This document shows positions 1-47,591 of a stretch of 64,000 nt of DNA, in pieces; the stretch's first letter is position 1, and the number at the start of each line of letters is the position of its first letter. Origin of the DNA: Tubiluchus corallicola (Eukaryota > Animalia > Priapulida); assembly GCA_030141605.1 (NCBI GenBank), contig JAQGDQ010000499.1:1-64000 (forward strand), given 5' to 3'. The notes beneath the pieces are model-generated. The model ran no database searches, had not been told where the DNA came from, and saw only the letters and a list, made by a program, of their open reading frames with translations. A program made the position numbers and the translations under genes.

Positions 1-34511
<34,511 letters not shown>

Positions 34512-37500
34512 CACAATTTCTGATGTCGTAAAACCTTTTCAGTGCATGCAGACTCTATTATTAGTTGCCCCAAAGTACATACATTTACAAATTACAAAGC
34601 TCAATATGGAGGAAAAGTTTAATTAACAAAATATCTCCAGTGAGGCAAGCAGTTAACAGCAAATAACATGCTTCATTCGGTTTCAGTGCTTAATTGAACC
34701 ATTCGCATCACCTTCCAAAAAGTCAGTTGTTTAGTTAGTTGCTTCATCAGAAGGCCATAACTCAACTAGCAACAGTGTACTTCTCCAAGCCAGTTAAAAC
34801 CCCCATTACAGGTGATGTACTCAGCAAGTGCAAATTGAAACAATCGCAAAGCAGTCACAAGGGATGTCCATAACACAACCATAGCTATGGAATACTTAGT
34901 TTCAAGACAAACCCTACAAGCGCGCACATTTCATTGCAGTTGATGAAAAAAAAGCACCACTCACGTTTAGGCACCCCGGTGATAAATGAGTGACTGTGAA
35001 CCATCCAGTATGAATTAGATCCACTAAAGTGCATAAAGATGTGAAGTGTTTATCCAGTTTCCTTGCAAATGAAGGTGCTTGGAGATGTTTCTACTGATTA
35101 TCGACTGTCTATTGTTGTTTCAGACATATCAATTTGCTGGAATCCCGGTGACGTTGAAAATCCTTAAGATTCCAAGATTTACAGCAAATGCTGTAAATGC
35201 TTATTATTGTTTATATATGCTAGAAACGACAATAATACTTTCACTAGTATTAACCAAGCTGCAAGTACGCGTGATAAATAAAGTACGAAACATTCCAAGA
35301 ATTTAGGTGACTTGGAGTTTAGAGATTTGTATTTTTTAGATACTTATGATATTGTTGTTTTATAAAGAATTTTTGTTGTTGCATTGTTGATACGCTTGTA
35401 TTTAGAAAATAACATATGTGAGCTTGCATACAAAAACCGTCTGTAAGTCGGCATAGTTAAAACTACGTTATGATGCTTCAAAGTAGACTGACCCAAAAAT
35501 TTGGTCAAATCTCAATTTTTCGTATTTTATAAAAACCAACGCTAAATATAATTAACTTATATATATTCTAACATCAAATTATCAAGAAAGTGTTCAAAAA
35601 ATACTAAAAATTTTATTTTATAACTCCTTACCCACTTTCTGCCTAGAAACTAGTACTACAATTGTAAAAAACTCCTATTTTCAAACTCCAGTAGTAGCTC
35701 CTGGCAGCTGTCATTTTGCATCAGGTTTTTTCTGTTGCCAAGCCCAGACCTTCGTCAGGAAGAACCATCTACTGGATTTAAACGTAACTTCAATTTCCTT
35801 TTGTAAAATCCATAGCAACCAACATTTGCGCGGTTGCTAAGTGTTTTGAAGAAACGCGACAAAAAACAGTGGCTAACTTTAACAGTGATTTTCTCAAGAT
35901 TATGTTTTTCAATTAGTAGTCTGTACCTCAACTTCAACATGGATTATCTCGGCTTAGAAATAACATAGAGCGATGAACTTGGTATCAAAAGGATCCCCAT
36001 GAAATGGAGGTTCGGGATATGTGAATAACTTGAAAAGCTTAATGTCGACGCATGGACGATTTTGCTATGCAAGCACACATTTAATAATGATAACAATAAT
36101 AATAGTAACAATAAGTTAATGCATTACACGAAAAATAATGTGCTAAATGTGACGTAGCAGTCATGCAATTTCGTAGAAAGTGACTATCATATAATTATCC
36201 ACAATAACATTGGTTCACATGTAATATATAGCATTTATTTTTGTGTATTCCACACGATCTCTTTTGTACAAAATTGGAGCTACTGTCAAAGTCAATTGCA
36301 CCGTTTGAATACGTGTTTTTATAAATGTTTATTTGAAATAATTGCCTTTGGCAAACAGCAAATAAATACTGATCGAGGCTGCAAAATTTACAGGATGCAG
36401 GTTAACAGGAAACACAAATCTATCACAAAATATACATAACTATTCCAATTGTTAATTAAAATGGTTTGTGAACCAATATATTGCTGTACCAGGTCAAATA
36501 CAATGACGTTCTGTTCATAACTTAGTAGAGAACTAACAGAAAGAAAAACTGATCTGTTTAATTGTGGGTCAAAGTTACTTATATTAAAAAGTAATGTGTT
36601 TGTTTGGTGTAGGTTTGTTAGTCGTTCTTTGAGTTGAATATGTTTGATGATAAACTTATGTATCGAAATAAAGTGAAATGAATTTAATGTAAAAGAATTA
36701 CTAGCTGGACCCAGTAAACTGTTTGGGTGTTGGCAGGCTTGCTTAAAGGCAATATAATGACATCATTTGTTTGACCAAAGCAAAAATCAGGAAAACGTTT
36801 GTAATAAATTTATTGAACAATTATGAACATTTTTTAATGACAATTAAGAAAATATGAACCAGGCACCAGAACCATTTTTAACACTTATGTACAGATGTGT
36901 AATGTATAACTAAATAAAAAAATCACAAATGATCTAATTTTTCCACAATTTTAATCACAATCGTATGCTAATCACATGCAGTGTGTAGCATTTCTGTAAT
37001 TTCTATGTGAAACTTACCTAATCAAATAACGACTAAACTACGAAAAGGGGCTCAAGATTTAAGTAAGTGAGACGGATATGACAAGCAGATGTTTGAGCAA
37101 ATTTTCAAAATGTCTGCTCCTGTGTTGGTAACAGCTGCAAGCAAAGCTTTGTACTAAGCCACAATACCAACACGATTAGCAACGGGAATAAGAAAACTTT
37201 GCTTAAGATATTAAACCAATGAAAAAGACTCAAATCAACTGTAAAGGTCACATGACTGTTGCAGCAAATCTTAAAGAAAGTTTATTTATGAATGAAACTT
37301 TAGCTTTACTCATTTGTTTTGCATGTATACAATCACAAAATAAGTCTAAATCTCTCTAGTTAATGCCCACGTAATTAGATTTTTATACGATCTCCAGAAA
37401 GAGCGTAAAGACATACTCACTTGTGCAAAATTAAACATCACCTCACTTTTAAGCACCTTTTTCATGAGCACTGTTGGCATTCAGGAACAATTCATCAAGT

Positions 37501-37582
37501 GTTCTCCGTTTGCACCAGTGTTGCCATTCAAGTAAACTTCGGTGTCCACTCTTCCACACCAGTACCGGTTTCCAGTAAGACA

Positions 37583-37752
37583 TCAGCGCCTGCTCTTCTG
37601 TACCAGTTTTTCGATGTCGTCGGGATGCTTGGGACACTTGAAAGACAGCACTTCCGGTACGGTTTGTGAAATGAGCACATCGTCTTCAATCCGTATTCCC
37701 ATACCGCGAAACTCTGGCGGAGCGTTACGGTCATTTTCATTGATATAAATTC
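37583..37752 (-). CDS. XPNPEP3: XPNPEP3 terminal exon 8
   Basis: tgttag|[55 protein letters not shown]. Confidence 0.92.
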
Positions 37753-40700
37753 CTAACAGAAGAAATGCAAATTAGCATATAATTTTAGTTAACTCTCGCA
37801 CAAATGACTGTACTTTGAACCGAGGACTTAATCACATCCAAGGTCTAGTGTGAACGACCATTCTGGATGACACTATAAACCGGGCAAGCTAAATTTTTGT
37901 AATTTCAGCTTCAACACCTTATTTGCGAAGTAATGTATGCATGATACGTGAACTAGCGCCTGCTGTTGCATTATTAAACAGGCAACTTGGTTAAAGTTCT
38001 TAAAAAACCGGTAAGAATTAATTTTACTGGTACTGCCGCATTGCCAGTTGCCCCTACATCAAATAAGAAAAACTTATGTAACAACGAACCTATTACATTT
38101 GTGTGTGTAAAATACTGAACTATTTGTGTGTAACATTATTGTGTGTTGGAAAGCTTCATAAAGCAAACTCATACCATCAAACAAAAGCCAACATGCAGCT
38201 GTAAAGAGCCAGAGGCGACAAATAATTTTTGCACCTTCTAAAAAGTGTGACTCATTACAGTTGCACCTCCATAATTTTGGAACTACTTTTCGGAACTAGT
38301 TACATTTTTTAACATGTTACTCTTATCACTAGCAGTGGAACTACTTTTCGGAACTAGTTACATTTTTTAACATCTTGCTCCCATTTTTGACACGGCATGT
38401 TGTACAGCAAATGAGCTACAGTTTGTACGTACCGGGTTCTATTGTTATCACCATGCCTGGTTGCAACGGAATACTGCGCGGTATATCAGCTGTGTCGTGT
38501 ATATCCATGCCCAAGTAGTGACTAACATGATGTGGACAGTACGGGTACATAGCCTAAAAATATCACAAGTGACAAACATGTTCAAGGCATTTATACCATT
38601 TTAGAACTGATTAACATAAAATGAATTGTGAGTTGAAAAGAAACCAATTCATATTGTAACAGTCTGTAAGCTCCCCTGAAAGTTACACTGGTGGATCGCG
38701 CTGAACACTCTCATTTTAAATCAAAAGTTATTGATTTTTTTCCATTCCTTAAATGCAGTTACCAAGCAGAGCAATACCACCAATCGGCAGTTTAGAAATT
38801 ACAAGCTACGTACGATTATAAGAATGGCATCGCCCATCAAACAGCAATAAGCCTTTTAACAGTTTCAGCAATTGATGGTGATTGTGAAAAGTTAAGTGTT
38901 CCATACAATACATTCGTGTAAATTTGACAATGCCTCTCAGCCCATTCTATTGTAATAGTAACAGTTTTAACATGTTTTAACAGCTAGCTATAACCTTACC
39001 TAGTTCATTTTTCTAGTTCCAAGCAAGATCCTGCTAGTAAATCACTCTAAGCACAGAGTAATGCATAGTTAAGTAAAGTCCACGTAAAACAACTGAAGTT
39101 AATGAACTGATGCAACAGACGGCTTTGCTTTACCCACACACCACGTGGCGGTTGTAGTTAAGACGTGTTGCTGTGGTACACGTAAACTTTGACCTACAGC
39201 AACAGCGCGTGCACATAGCAAAGCTGTGAAAAGGCTTATCACCGAGAATGTCTATAGCCCATAGCCCAGATGACTCGGCTATCAAACTTAGACTGAAAAA
39301 ATGCATATACCATCATGTTATTGTCCCACATGCTTGTTTTTGACAACTGCTAAGTTTGGCTTCTCTGGGGTCTCACAAAACTACATCATTTGTGAGTTTT
39401 ACGAATGTATTATAACCTATTAAAGCATATACATTGTATAAGAATAATTGTTGAAATAGGCCTAACAAAATCACTTTTACCTTTAACAGTTCATTTCCCG
39501 AATAATGGTTGGGTATAATACTGAAATGTTGCAGCTTTTCACCTATACTCAGACACATCTCCCTGTATAAGAAATCTAAGGAAATCCCAGCTCGACTCAT
39601 GTCTATACACATGTTCTGTACATCTAAGATGGCTTCGTAAAGTTCCCGCTGCACTCGACTGAAACGAGCTAACAAAATGCGAACATAATGTGCATGATAT
39701 ATACCTTGCAAGGAACGAAAATACAAAATACAGTTTGAAGCAGCAAAACAGTTACTGTGCTGTCGAATATTTTTAATTAAAGTTTAACTAAGATTAAATA
39801 TGATCAATGACAATAAGCCATCTATAAAACACAATTTAATGTACAGCAAGCCAAATATAACGAACACCATTTGACTCTTTCAATTATATACTATTTTAGT
39901 AGTTTTATCATAGGAAATTTTATAATTAGCATTCATGTCAATTCACACTGCAAAAGAACCCTGTGCAAACCGACTGCAAATTAGCAACTTTAGTGTTCAG
40001 ACTGCAAACAGGCCCGAGTCTCCATTTACATGTGCAAGAAGCAAATCTGGACAGACAGTCAGAATGCTAGCTGCTCTCTTGTTGAAATGTTAGATACAGG
40101 TAATTATAAATCTATGACTGTTACTTGTGCAAAGTAATGCACTGCATGCAGCAGTACTGACTTACCATTTACTGGCCAAGTGCGGGTTACATCACTACTG
40201 TAGCCAAAATATTCGCAACCGGAATCCATAAGAACTACTTCACCATCTTGAATAAGCTGAAAAGGAAAATTAGCACTGACCAGTTGGTAAAGACAGACAT
40301 TCTTATCACCTACATAAAAAATTGCTTGTAGCAGAATTAGTTTCAAATGTGCTACTCTTAAAAAACCAGACAAAAAGCTAAATAATAACAATAATAAACT
40401 GTCCGCTTTCTTAATGGATACTTCATTTGTTAAATACCTGATTATTATGTGTGTAGTGGATCGTGTTTGCACGAGCACCTCCTGCGACAACCGGAGGGTA
40501 AGCAAGGTAACTGGCACCTCGAACTCTGCATTCGTACTCCATTCTTGCCCACAAGACGTGCTCATCCACCTAAACATGCATATACTTGCTCAGTTCTTTG
40601 ATCGAGAAACAAAAGAACCATGCCCCTTGCAAAGAAAACAAAAAAACACTTTGCCAATAAATTTATTATTATGTAGGATTATTTAAGCAGTATGCCAGCT

Positions 40701-43700
40701 TGTGTTGCTAAAAATGCAGACAAACAGAATAACCGTGACGTGACTTGACAAAAAATGTTAAACAACATCAAGCCTGGTTAACGGATGGATGCGTGACAAC
40801 TTGGAAAACTGCAGCTTCTGTTTGCAGTATTGAGGATGCACAGTATATATGCAAAAATGTGACAAAGTCAAGTTTGCAAGTTTCATTGCGGAAATTGGGT
40901 CTATCCTGACAATTACCAACAAACAAGTGTTTTAGAAGTTTTTAAGAAGAGCTGATTTGTACAATAAACAAGACATCACTCAAACATTCCACTTGATATG
41001 CAGATCAGAAAGTAATCATGTAAAAACACATTCATTGAACACAGAATGGAGCCCTTATGTACTGTCTCAGAGAAGGTATTAGAAACACAAAATGGCGCAC
41101 AATTAGCCGACACAGTTTTCTAGTGTATGTAAGTCAGAATATCTACTCATACATTAAATCTGCACTCAGAGTGTAAGCATGATCTTTAAGCATAAAATGT
41201 TTGCCTACAGGCATAATAAAATAACGAAATATGTGTTATTTTGTCTTACTAATAAGTTATTGTGACGAAATCTTCAGTTCTGTTTAACAAATCAGTAAAT
41301 GTTAAAGTGTTCTAAAGCAACAGCCCAGATGGTCTAGTAAAAACGGCACTCGACTTGTAATTCAAAGGCTTTCGGTTCAAATCTAGTTTTGTTCCTAACA
41401 AGATTATGAGCATTAGTATATTACCTGAGGAAATGATGACTTCATAACTTCAATAAAACCTTCAGATGAAATTGCACATGCTCGTCGCATCAGTTCCTGT
41501 TCAGCAAGCGATTTCACCAACCTCAAGTTCTGTATAAGCGGCTTACAGGACTCTATAAAAACATGTTTCTCTTCATTCACAAACTGCCTGATCACGTTAT
41601 TATGCAGATGCATGTTCGTAGGAGTGATGAAATCGTACCAGATTGCAAACTTTCGCTGCGACCGTTTCAAATACGCTTTCAAATATTTCTCTAGTTCTTC
41701 AAATTCTAAAGCCTGATCTACACCAGTCAACACCAGGGAGCCATCCACTCCAGCTCGCGGGCCATCCCACAATTCTCGGCTCGTATTACGCGGTGGCACA
41801 AACAACGTGCTTATGTTTTTCGTCCGGGTTGCTTCGATGAGCAGAACGCTTCCAGGCTCTAAAAAACCGGAGAGGTACCAGAAGTCCGTGTTTTGTCGGA
41901 ATACGTAGGGAATATCATTGGTCATGTAAGAGCGAGTTGCGCCAGGGATCAGGATTATGTGATGGTTCACATCCTGCTGTTTAGTCATTGTGTGCTCAAG
42001 AACTAACTCGATTAACCGCTGCCGTCGCTGGCTGATAAAAAAAATAAAATTTTGTTATAAACTGGTTAATGTTAAAGTATATATATATATATATAATAAT
42101 ATATATATAATAATAATAATATAATATATAATAATAATATATATATAATATATAATAATCTTTATTTGCCATTAAAATACATTGATAATCACTGATAAAA
42201 ACTTTACAGAGATAAGCAATCAGTGTTAGTTAATAAAAACTTACACTGCTGAAGGCAAATGCGTCAGTGCAATCTAAACTACTGTGCAGTAATGACGAAT
42301 AAAATCAAACATATTTACAACTATGCACAAAAAAATGAAAAAAACACTATAATTTAATTAATATGACCGTGGGTACATGAATTCTGAATTAGTGTGTATG
42401 TTGTCGTACTGGTATTTCATATCTGGTTAATATTAGTGATTTTAATTTTGTTTTAAATGCTGATAGGGACTTGATTTGTTTAACCTGTAATGGTAGAGAA
42501 TTCCAAAGTAAAATTGCTTGTTTGATTACAGAGTTCGTTCCATAGTGGGTATTTGTCCTAATTTGTTTTAGATTGCTTGTTCTGGAATTAACGATAGGAT
42601 TTGGAAAAAAGGTAAATCTGTTATTCTGGAATGGTTTGCTGATGTTGTTAATGTATTTAAATATAAAAAGCAGAGTAAAATATTCTTTGTGTGCTTCAAT
42701 GATTGGGAATTTTAAAGTTTTTCTCAGGTTAGTTGTTGAAGCTTTGAATTTTCGTCTACCAGCCTTATGTTTGTATGAGTACCCAGCTATCAATCTCAAT
42801 GCATAGTTTTAAAGGAGGTTTAATTTTAAGTAATTTTCTCTTTTGGTTTTTTGAAGTAGCGTACATCCATATAAGAAGTGTGGTAGAACTAAAGTTTTAT
42901 ATATTAGTGTTTTAGTTTCCTTTGTTAGTTTCCCTTTAACTTGTCGGAGATATGATGTGCTAGATGCCATTTTTGTGTATATGTTATTAAAGTGTTCATC
43001 CCATGAAAGATTATTGTCTACCTGTATGCCCAGGAATTTAACATTGTTAGTTTGTTTGATTACAGCATTATCTATTGTCAAAGTGGTTGATGATGCATCA
43101 TTAGTATTTAATGAGGGTGACAGTATCATGAATTCTGTTTTGTGTAACATGTGTAAAAGATAGACATCTTCCAAAGTTTACACATGTAAAAGATAGATAT
43201 CTTCCAAAGTTTACACGTGTAAAAGATAGGTATCTACCAAAGTTTATACGTGTAAAAGATAGAAATCTTCCAAAGTTTACACGTGTAAAAGATAGACAAC
43301 TTCTAAAGTTTACAGTGTGTAAAAGATAGACATCTTCTAAAGTTTTTAAGATTTGGAAGCCCAATGATTAAAGATTTCTCAATATTTCATCTGAATATCC
43401 TTTGTTCAATAAGCTAATCACTGATCAAAGTCTCTACATTTTGTAAAAATTAAGCAAAACAGTAAATATGTGTCAGCAAACCAAACTGGTTTATAAAAAT
43501 ATATCATAAAAATTTAATTTAAATTTAATAAATTTATTTTAAAATGCAAATACAATATATAGAAACAATGAAAAAATAGGCTGTTAATAAAAAGTGCAAT
43601 TATCGCTTGGCTGGTTTTTTTAGCTTAGAGGATTGACCTTGATAACAAGATAGATTTTGATCCCAACACAACCATTTACATTAAGGTTTCGCTGCTGAGT

Positions 43701-45836
43701 AGTGTATCATATCGTATAAAAACATTTCAGTATATTAAAAATTGTTGGGATAGCTGGTTAGTACTTATGTATCAAGACGCAACTGATTAAATAACTTCAA
43801 CTTAGGTATCAATTACTTGCGAATCTTGAAAACATTTTCAGATATTAGCGAGTTATGATTGTGGCACTAATAGTACTTTTCAGCTACTGCGTACAATGTA
43901 CTTGCCTATTGTGGCACTAATAGTACTTTTCAGCTACTGCGTACTTGCCTATACTCCAGTTTTGATATCCCCGGAGTGACCTCCATCCCATGGAGCAAGT
44001 GTGGATGCGTGTGTGGAGCTGGTTGTCCATATGGACGTAGCGGCTTGCTCAGCTGACCGTGAGTTGGAATAATTTGAATTTCTTTAATTTCTCCAGGATC
44101 TTTTGCATGGCAATTTACGTGATTTACACAGAATGCCCTCTGCAGCAGGCTAGCACCTGTAAAGTAACATATTCAAACATAAATTTATTAACATTTTACA
44201 TTGTATCAAGGCCTGAAAGCCAGTATCTGATATAAGTACAAACTGTTCCAGCTCTGGCTGCCTGCTTACTCAAGTCGGATTTTAACTTTTACTAGTTTTG
44301 TAACATAATCAAGCCATGAAGGAGAATATACTTCGCAACAATTTCAGTAGCATTTTGCTGTAATTTCTCTCGAGGTCACCAACAGCCAGCTTTTAATCAA
44401 TGGCTCATTTTGGTACGCATTTTCTGACTTCATTGAACATTTTGAGAGATCGAGATGCCATCTACAATGTCAGCCTCTATATCTAAATGCTGCAAAAATT
44501 TGCTTGTTCACATCAAGACAACTATATGTAGTCTACTGCCTAAAACTGGTACTCAAAAAAAACAATTCACGTGCCAAAGCCTAAGATGAAGGAGAGAACA
44601 AAGAAAGTGCTTTTGTTATTATATCTAGAACTAGGACAAGGAGATTATCCATTTTATCTTATACATTCAAGGTTATTTGAAAGACCAACGATTTGCAAAT
44701 TCACCGATTTCGCCACATGTCCACGCATGGATGCTTGAAGTGCATCTATTTCTATCTATAACGTTTTTTAATGTTTACTTACTTAGTTATGTTGTCACAT
44801 TTACACCACCACATTCAATTCAGCAGTTTCAGCTGTTTTGTCAGCTGCAAAAACTACCTAAACTATCCGAACCTCATTTATTGCAGCATAAATATTATAA
44901 CATTTCAATAAATGAACATCTAAGTCTCTATTTATAAAAACATACTTTAAGTAAGGCTACTTAAAGATATAAATGAATGGAACATAGATAAATTACTACT
45001 GACCAGGATGTATGTTAACAAGCTGTTGAAACTAAAAATATAATTAAAGACGAATGAACAGTAAAGGCAAGTTGACGTAAAAGGTATTTGGTGTGATTCG
45101 TAAAACAAGTTGATTGTGTTGTTGATCTCCCAAACAGACACTTTTTATTGATGTCTAAGAGGATCGAGCGTATCCACGATATTAAGTTTACAATATGCCC
45201 AGTGTACCATCAGACGCAGACATAGACATTTTTATTTATCTCCTCATTTACACCAGTATACAAATTGACTGTTATTTTTATAGTTATTGATTAAAAAGGA
45301 TAAATTACGCATAAAGGAAAGAGTTAAGGGGGGGTGCAGGAGAAAGGGTAGCGAAAGACCAATTGCCAAAAGAATTGGTCATCGAGTCAGCTACCCTTGG
45401 ATCCAGAAATATAGACGCCACCCTTAGACGCAGATACAGGAATTGCCCAAGCCATTTCAAATAGATAAAAGTAGTGCAGTTAATGCAGTGATTTACGGAC
45501 TACAGTTTATTTATGATTATTAATTGTTAATAAATATCATTAATTTCATTGAATGTGGGACATCCACTCAATAAGAAATATCTGCGATAAAATTACTGTG
45601 CACCACACAGTAAAAACACAAAACTTTATGTTTAAAACAAAAATGCCTTACCAAACAATGAGTTTATTTCTAATAAGTTAAAAATTCTAATCTTCAAAGC
45701 CGACCTTATACTTAATAATTTCGTCATGGAAGCTGCCATTTCTATTGGTTGTAGTGAAAAAAGTCGCAGAAGACGCAGCAAAAATATTACTGAATTCTCG
45801 TATTCTTCGTGCGCATCTTCTCAAAATAGTTGACAT
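37583..45836 (-). CDS. XPNPEP3: Xaa-Pro aminopeptidase 3 (mitochondrial, Icp55-like M24B peptidase), whole gene model
   Basis: complement(join(37583..37752,38433..38553,39481..39668,40166..40256,40438..40569,41425..42031,43949..~44156,~45705..45836)). Motifs [107 protein letters not shown]. Arg-rich, acid-free N-terminus resembles a mitochondrial presequence. Exon 1-2 junction unresolved. Confidence 0.93.
38433..38553 (-). CDS. XPNPEP3: XPNPEP3 exon 7
   Basis: ttttag|[40 protein letters not shown] g|gtacgt. Confidence 0.93.
39481..39668 (-). CDS. XPNPEP3: XPNPEP3 exon 6
   Basis: tgttag|[17 protein letters not shown]...GNELLK|gtaaaa. Confidence 0.9.
40166..40256 (-). CDS. XPNPEP3: XPNPEP3 exon 5
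   Basis: tttcag|[30 protein letters not shown] g|gtaagt. Confidence 0.93.
40438..40569 (-). CDS. XPNPEP3: XPNPEP3 exon 4
   Basis: gtttag|[44 protein letters not shown]|gtattt. Confidence 0.93.
41323..41390 (+). mobile_element. Degenerate tRNA-like head (SINE or tRNA pseudogene)
   Basis: A-box-like TGGTCTAGT, anticodon-arm-like GACTTGTAATT, B-box GGTTCAAATC (41374-41383); no clean acceptor stem. Confidence 0.35.
41425..42031 (-). CDS. XPNPEP3: XPNPEP3 exon 3 (aminopeptidase P N-domain)
   Basis: tatcag|c QRRQRLIEL...ELWDGPRAG...[14 protein letters not shown]...SFPQ|gtaata. Confidence 0.93.
42079..43145 (-). mobile_element. 5'-truncated LINE (CR1/L2/Crack group) with AATAAA and microsatellite tail
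   Basis: [37 protein letters not shown], then frameshifted ..[23 protein letters not shown]; AATAAA at 42166-42161 followed by a (TAT/TA)n tail. Confidence 0.82.
43151..43345. repeat. 33-bp tandem repeat, about 6 copies, abutting the LINE 5' truncation point
   Basis: GTGTAAAAGATAGACATCTTCCAAAGTTTACAC. Confidence 0.88.
43949..44156 (-). CDS. XPNPEP3: XPNPEP3 exon 2
   Basis: ...[32 protein letters not shown]; donor AG|GCAAGT (or CAA|GTACGC); 5' boundary approximate. Confidence 0.8.
45705..45836 (-). CDS. XPNPEP3: XPNPEP3 putative exon 1 (mitochondrial presequence-like)
   Basis: [34 protein letters not shown]...; ATG in AAAATG context; donor AAG|GTCGGC tentative. Confidence 0.6.
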
Positions 45837-47378
45837 TTTGGAGCAAGTTTTACAAGTTACAAGCAATTTCAAATAATTTATTGTGTCTCAATTATAAGAC
45901 AAATTCAAAATAACATATTATTTGTTGACAGGCTAATGCGCATGTAGTTGTTGAAACAAAAATGAAGATAAAAAGCCAATAAGAACATAGTGACATCTTC
46001 TGACCTTCATGATAATTTTTAATTAAGGAATAATATTGAAATTTTTACATCGAACATTCTAGCTTTTATAAATTTATGTTATTTTAAGTTTTTTCATAAT
46101 CGCAAATTTAAACATTATAATTATTATAGACAACTAAGCCATGAATGATGTTTTTTCATGCTGTCCTCAAGCAAACTACGTGTTTTTGATGAAACATTTT
46201 TGCCAATCAGACTAGTTACCATACAATTTAAAATATTGAATGCCGAGCTTTAGTCGATGATAGCCGTTGGTACAGAATGTCAGTTAGTGTGATACTAACC
46301 TTAAGCTGCAGCTTGAGGTTCTATTCAAACAGTTAATATTCAATTTTCCTATTAAAATTTACCATAGAAACACAAGTCACACAACATTTGCAAATATAAA
46401 AAATTTAATTGTTTTATTAAAATACAATTTGAAAATTACGTAAGAAGATTCATACACATAAACAGCACACAAAGTTTTTCAAGTACTAACATTACTAAAA
46501 CAATGAATGAAATTCCACAATTATTATTTTCTAGTGCTAGAAAAATTGTGCACATATTACAGAAAGTTACAGTAACCGCATAATTTCACTTTTTCAAAGG
46601 CATCACCTATTAATATTAATCATTTTTAATAAACAAAAAGCAACAGCATAATTATGACGCTACCATGTCAAAAAACTGTGTTATAAAATCACAGTACAAT
46701 AATTTTGGGAGCAAGTATTAATGAAAAATTCAGTCAACGTTAAGACTGCTGTGCGAGGCAAAAGCCAGCAACAAAGTTATAAAATTAAAATCTTTCGTCA
46801 TTGTAAGAAACCCTGTCACTAGTCTTTTACTCCATTTATTAACTAATAAAATTAGACAAAACTAGTAAAATTACAACATGTTTGATAAGTAGAATCGACT
46901 TTAAACAAAAGCGCTAAAACAAAACAAATGAAATTCCATGCACAAGATTCTAGGAAACTATTATGAGGCCGAGTTATTAAATAAATATGATTTTGTGGTC
47001 TCAAAATCATTTACAGCACACGACTGACAAAAAACCAATTTACAGAACTTTGAGAAAGCCACAATGGTAACAGAAACAACTAGGTGAAAAGTGAAAAATT
47101 TTACCAACATTTCCATCTGCATCAAAAAAACAAGTAAAAACATATACAATTATGAAAAGTACATAAATACAATTAAGAAATACTTAAGAAATTTTTGAGA
47201 TAAATATTCAAACTTATACAAGCAACAGATGAAATGGGTGAGGCAATGATTTACAATAATTACAGGTAAGAATCAATCGAACGCAAAACATTTACAAAAA
47301 GCCATAATATCACTGTTGTTGATATTATGCACAGGTGAAATGAACATGTTTACATAATGAAAAATGAACAAAGAGCTC

Positions 47379-47591
47379 CTACCAGTGAGCCGGTGGGCCC
47401 ACTTTAATAGGACTGCAGCCTGGGCTTCTAAACAATTGTCTGCTTGGTGCATTTTTCAAACTAGTGAATGGTGACGGCGTTGGGGTAGCTTCAAATGGAA
47501 CGGATTGGTCTTCGGCGACCAGTTTCTGCGGAGATTCGAAACATTGACGGCACACAGCCATGTACTTGTCAGCTCCACCTATAACCTCCAA
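47379..47591 (-). CDS. TK1: TK1 terminal exon
   Basis: ttttag|[23 protein letters not shown]...[20 protein letters not shown]. Confidence 0.93.
   Translation of the reverse strand: MEVIGGADKYMAVCRQCFESPQKLVAEDQSVPFEATPTPSPFTSLKNAPSRQLFRSPGCSPIKVGPPAHW

Noticed and set aside
41323-41390. Functional tRNA-Thr(UGU) gene
   Set aside because: A and B box-like motifs are present but acceptor and D stems do not pair; treated as a SINE or pseudogene remnant. tRNAscan-SE would settle it.
45344-45398. Hairpin AAGGGTAGC-GAAA-GACCAATT..AATTGGTC..GCTACCCTT as a ribozyme
   Set aside because: No CUGANGA core or correctly placed NUH on the same strand; the G-rich flanks suggest a decayed MITE.
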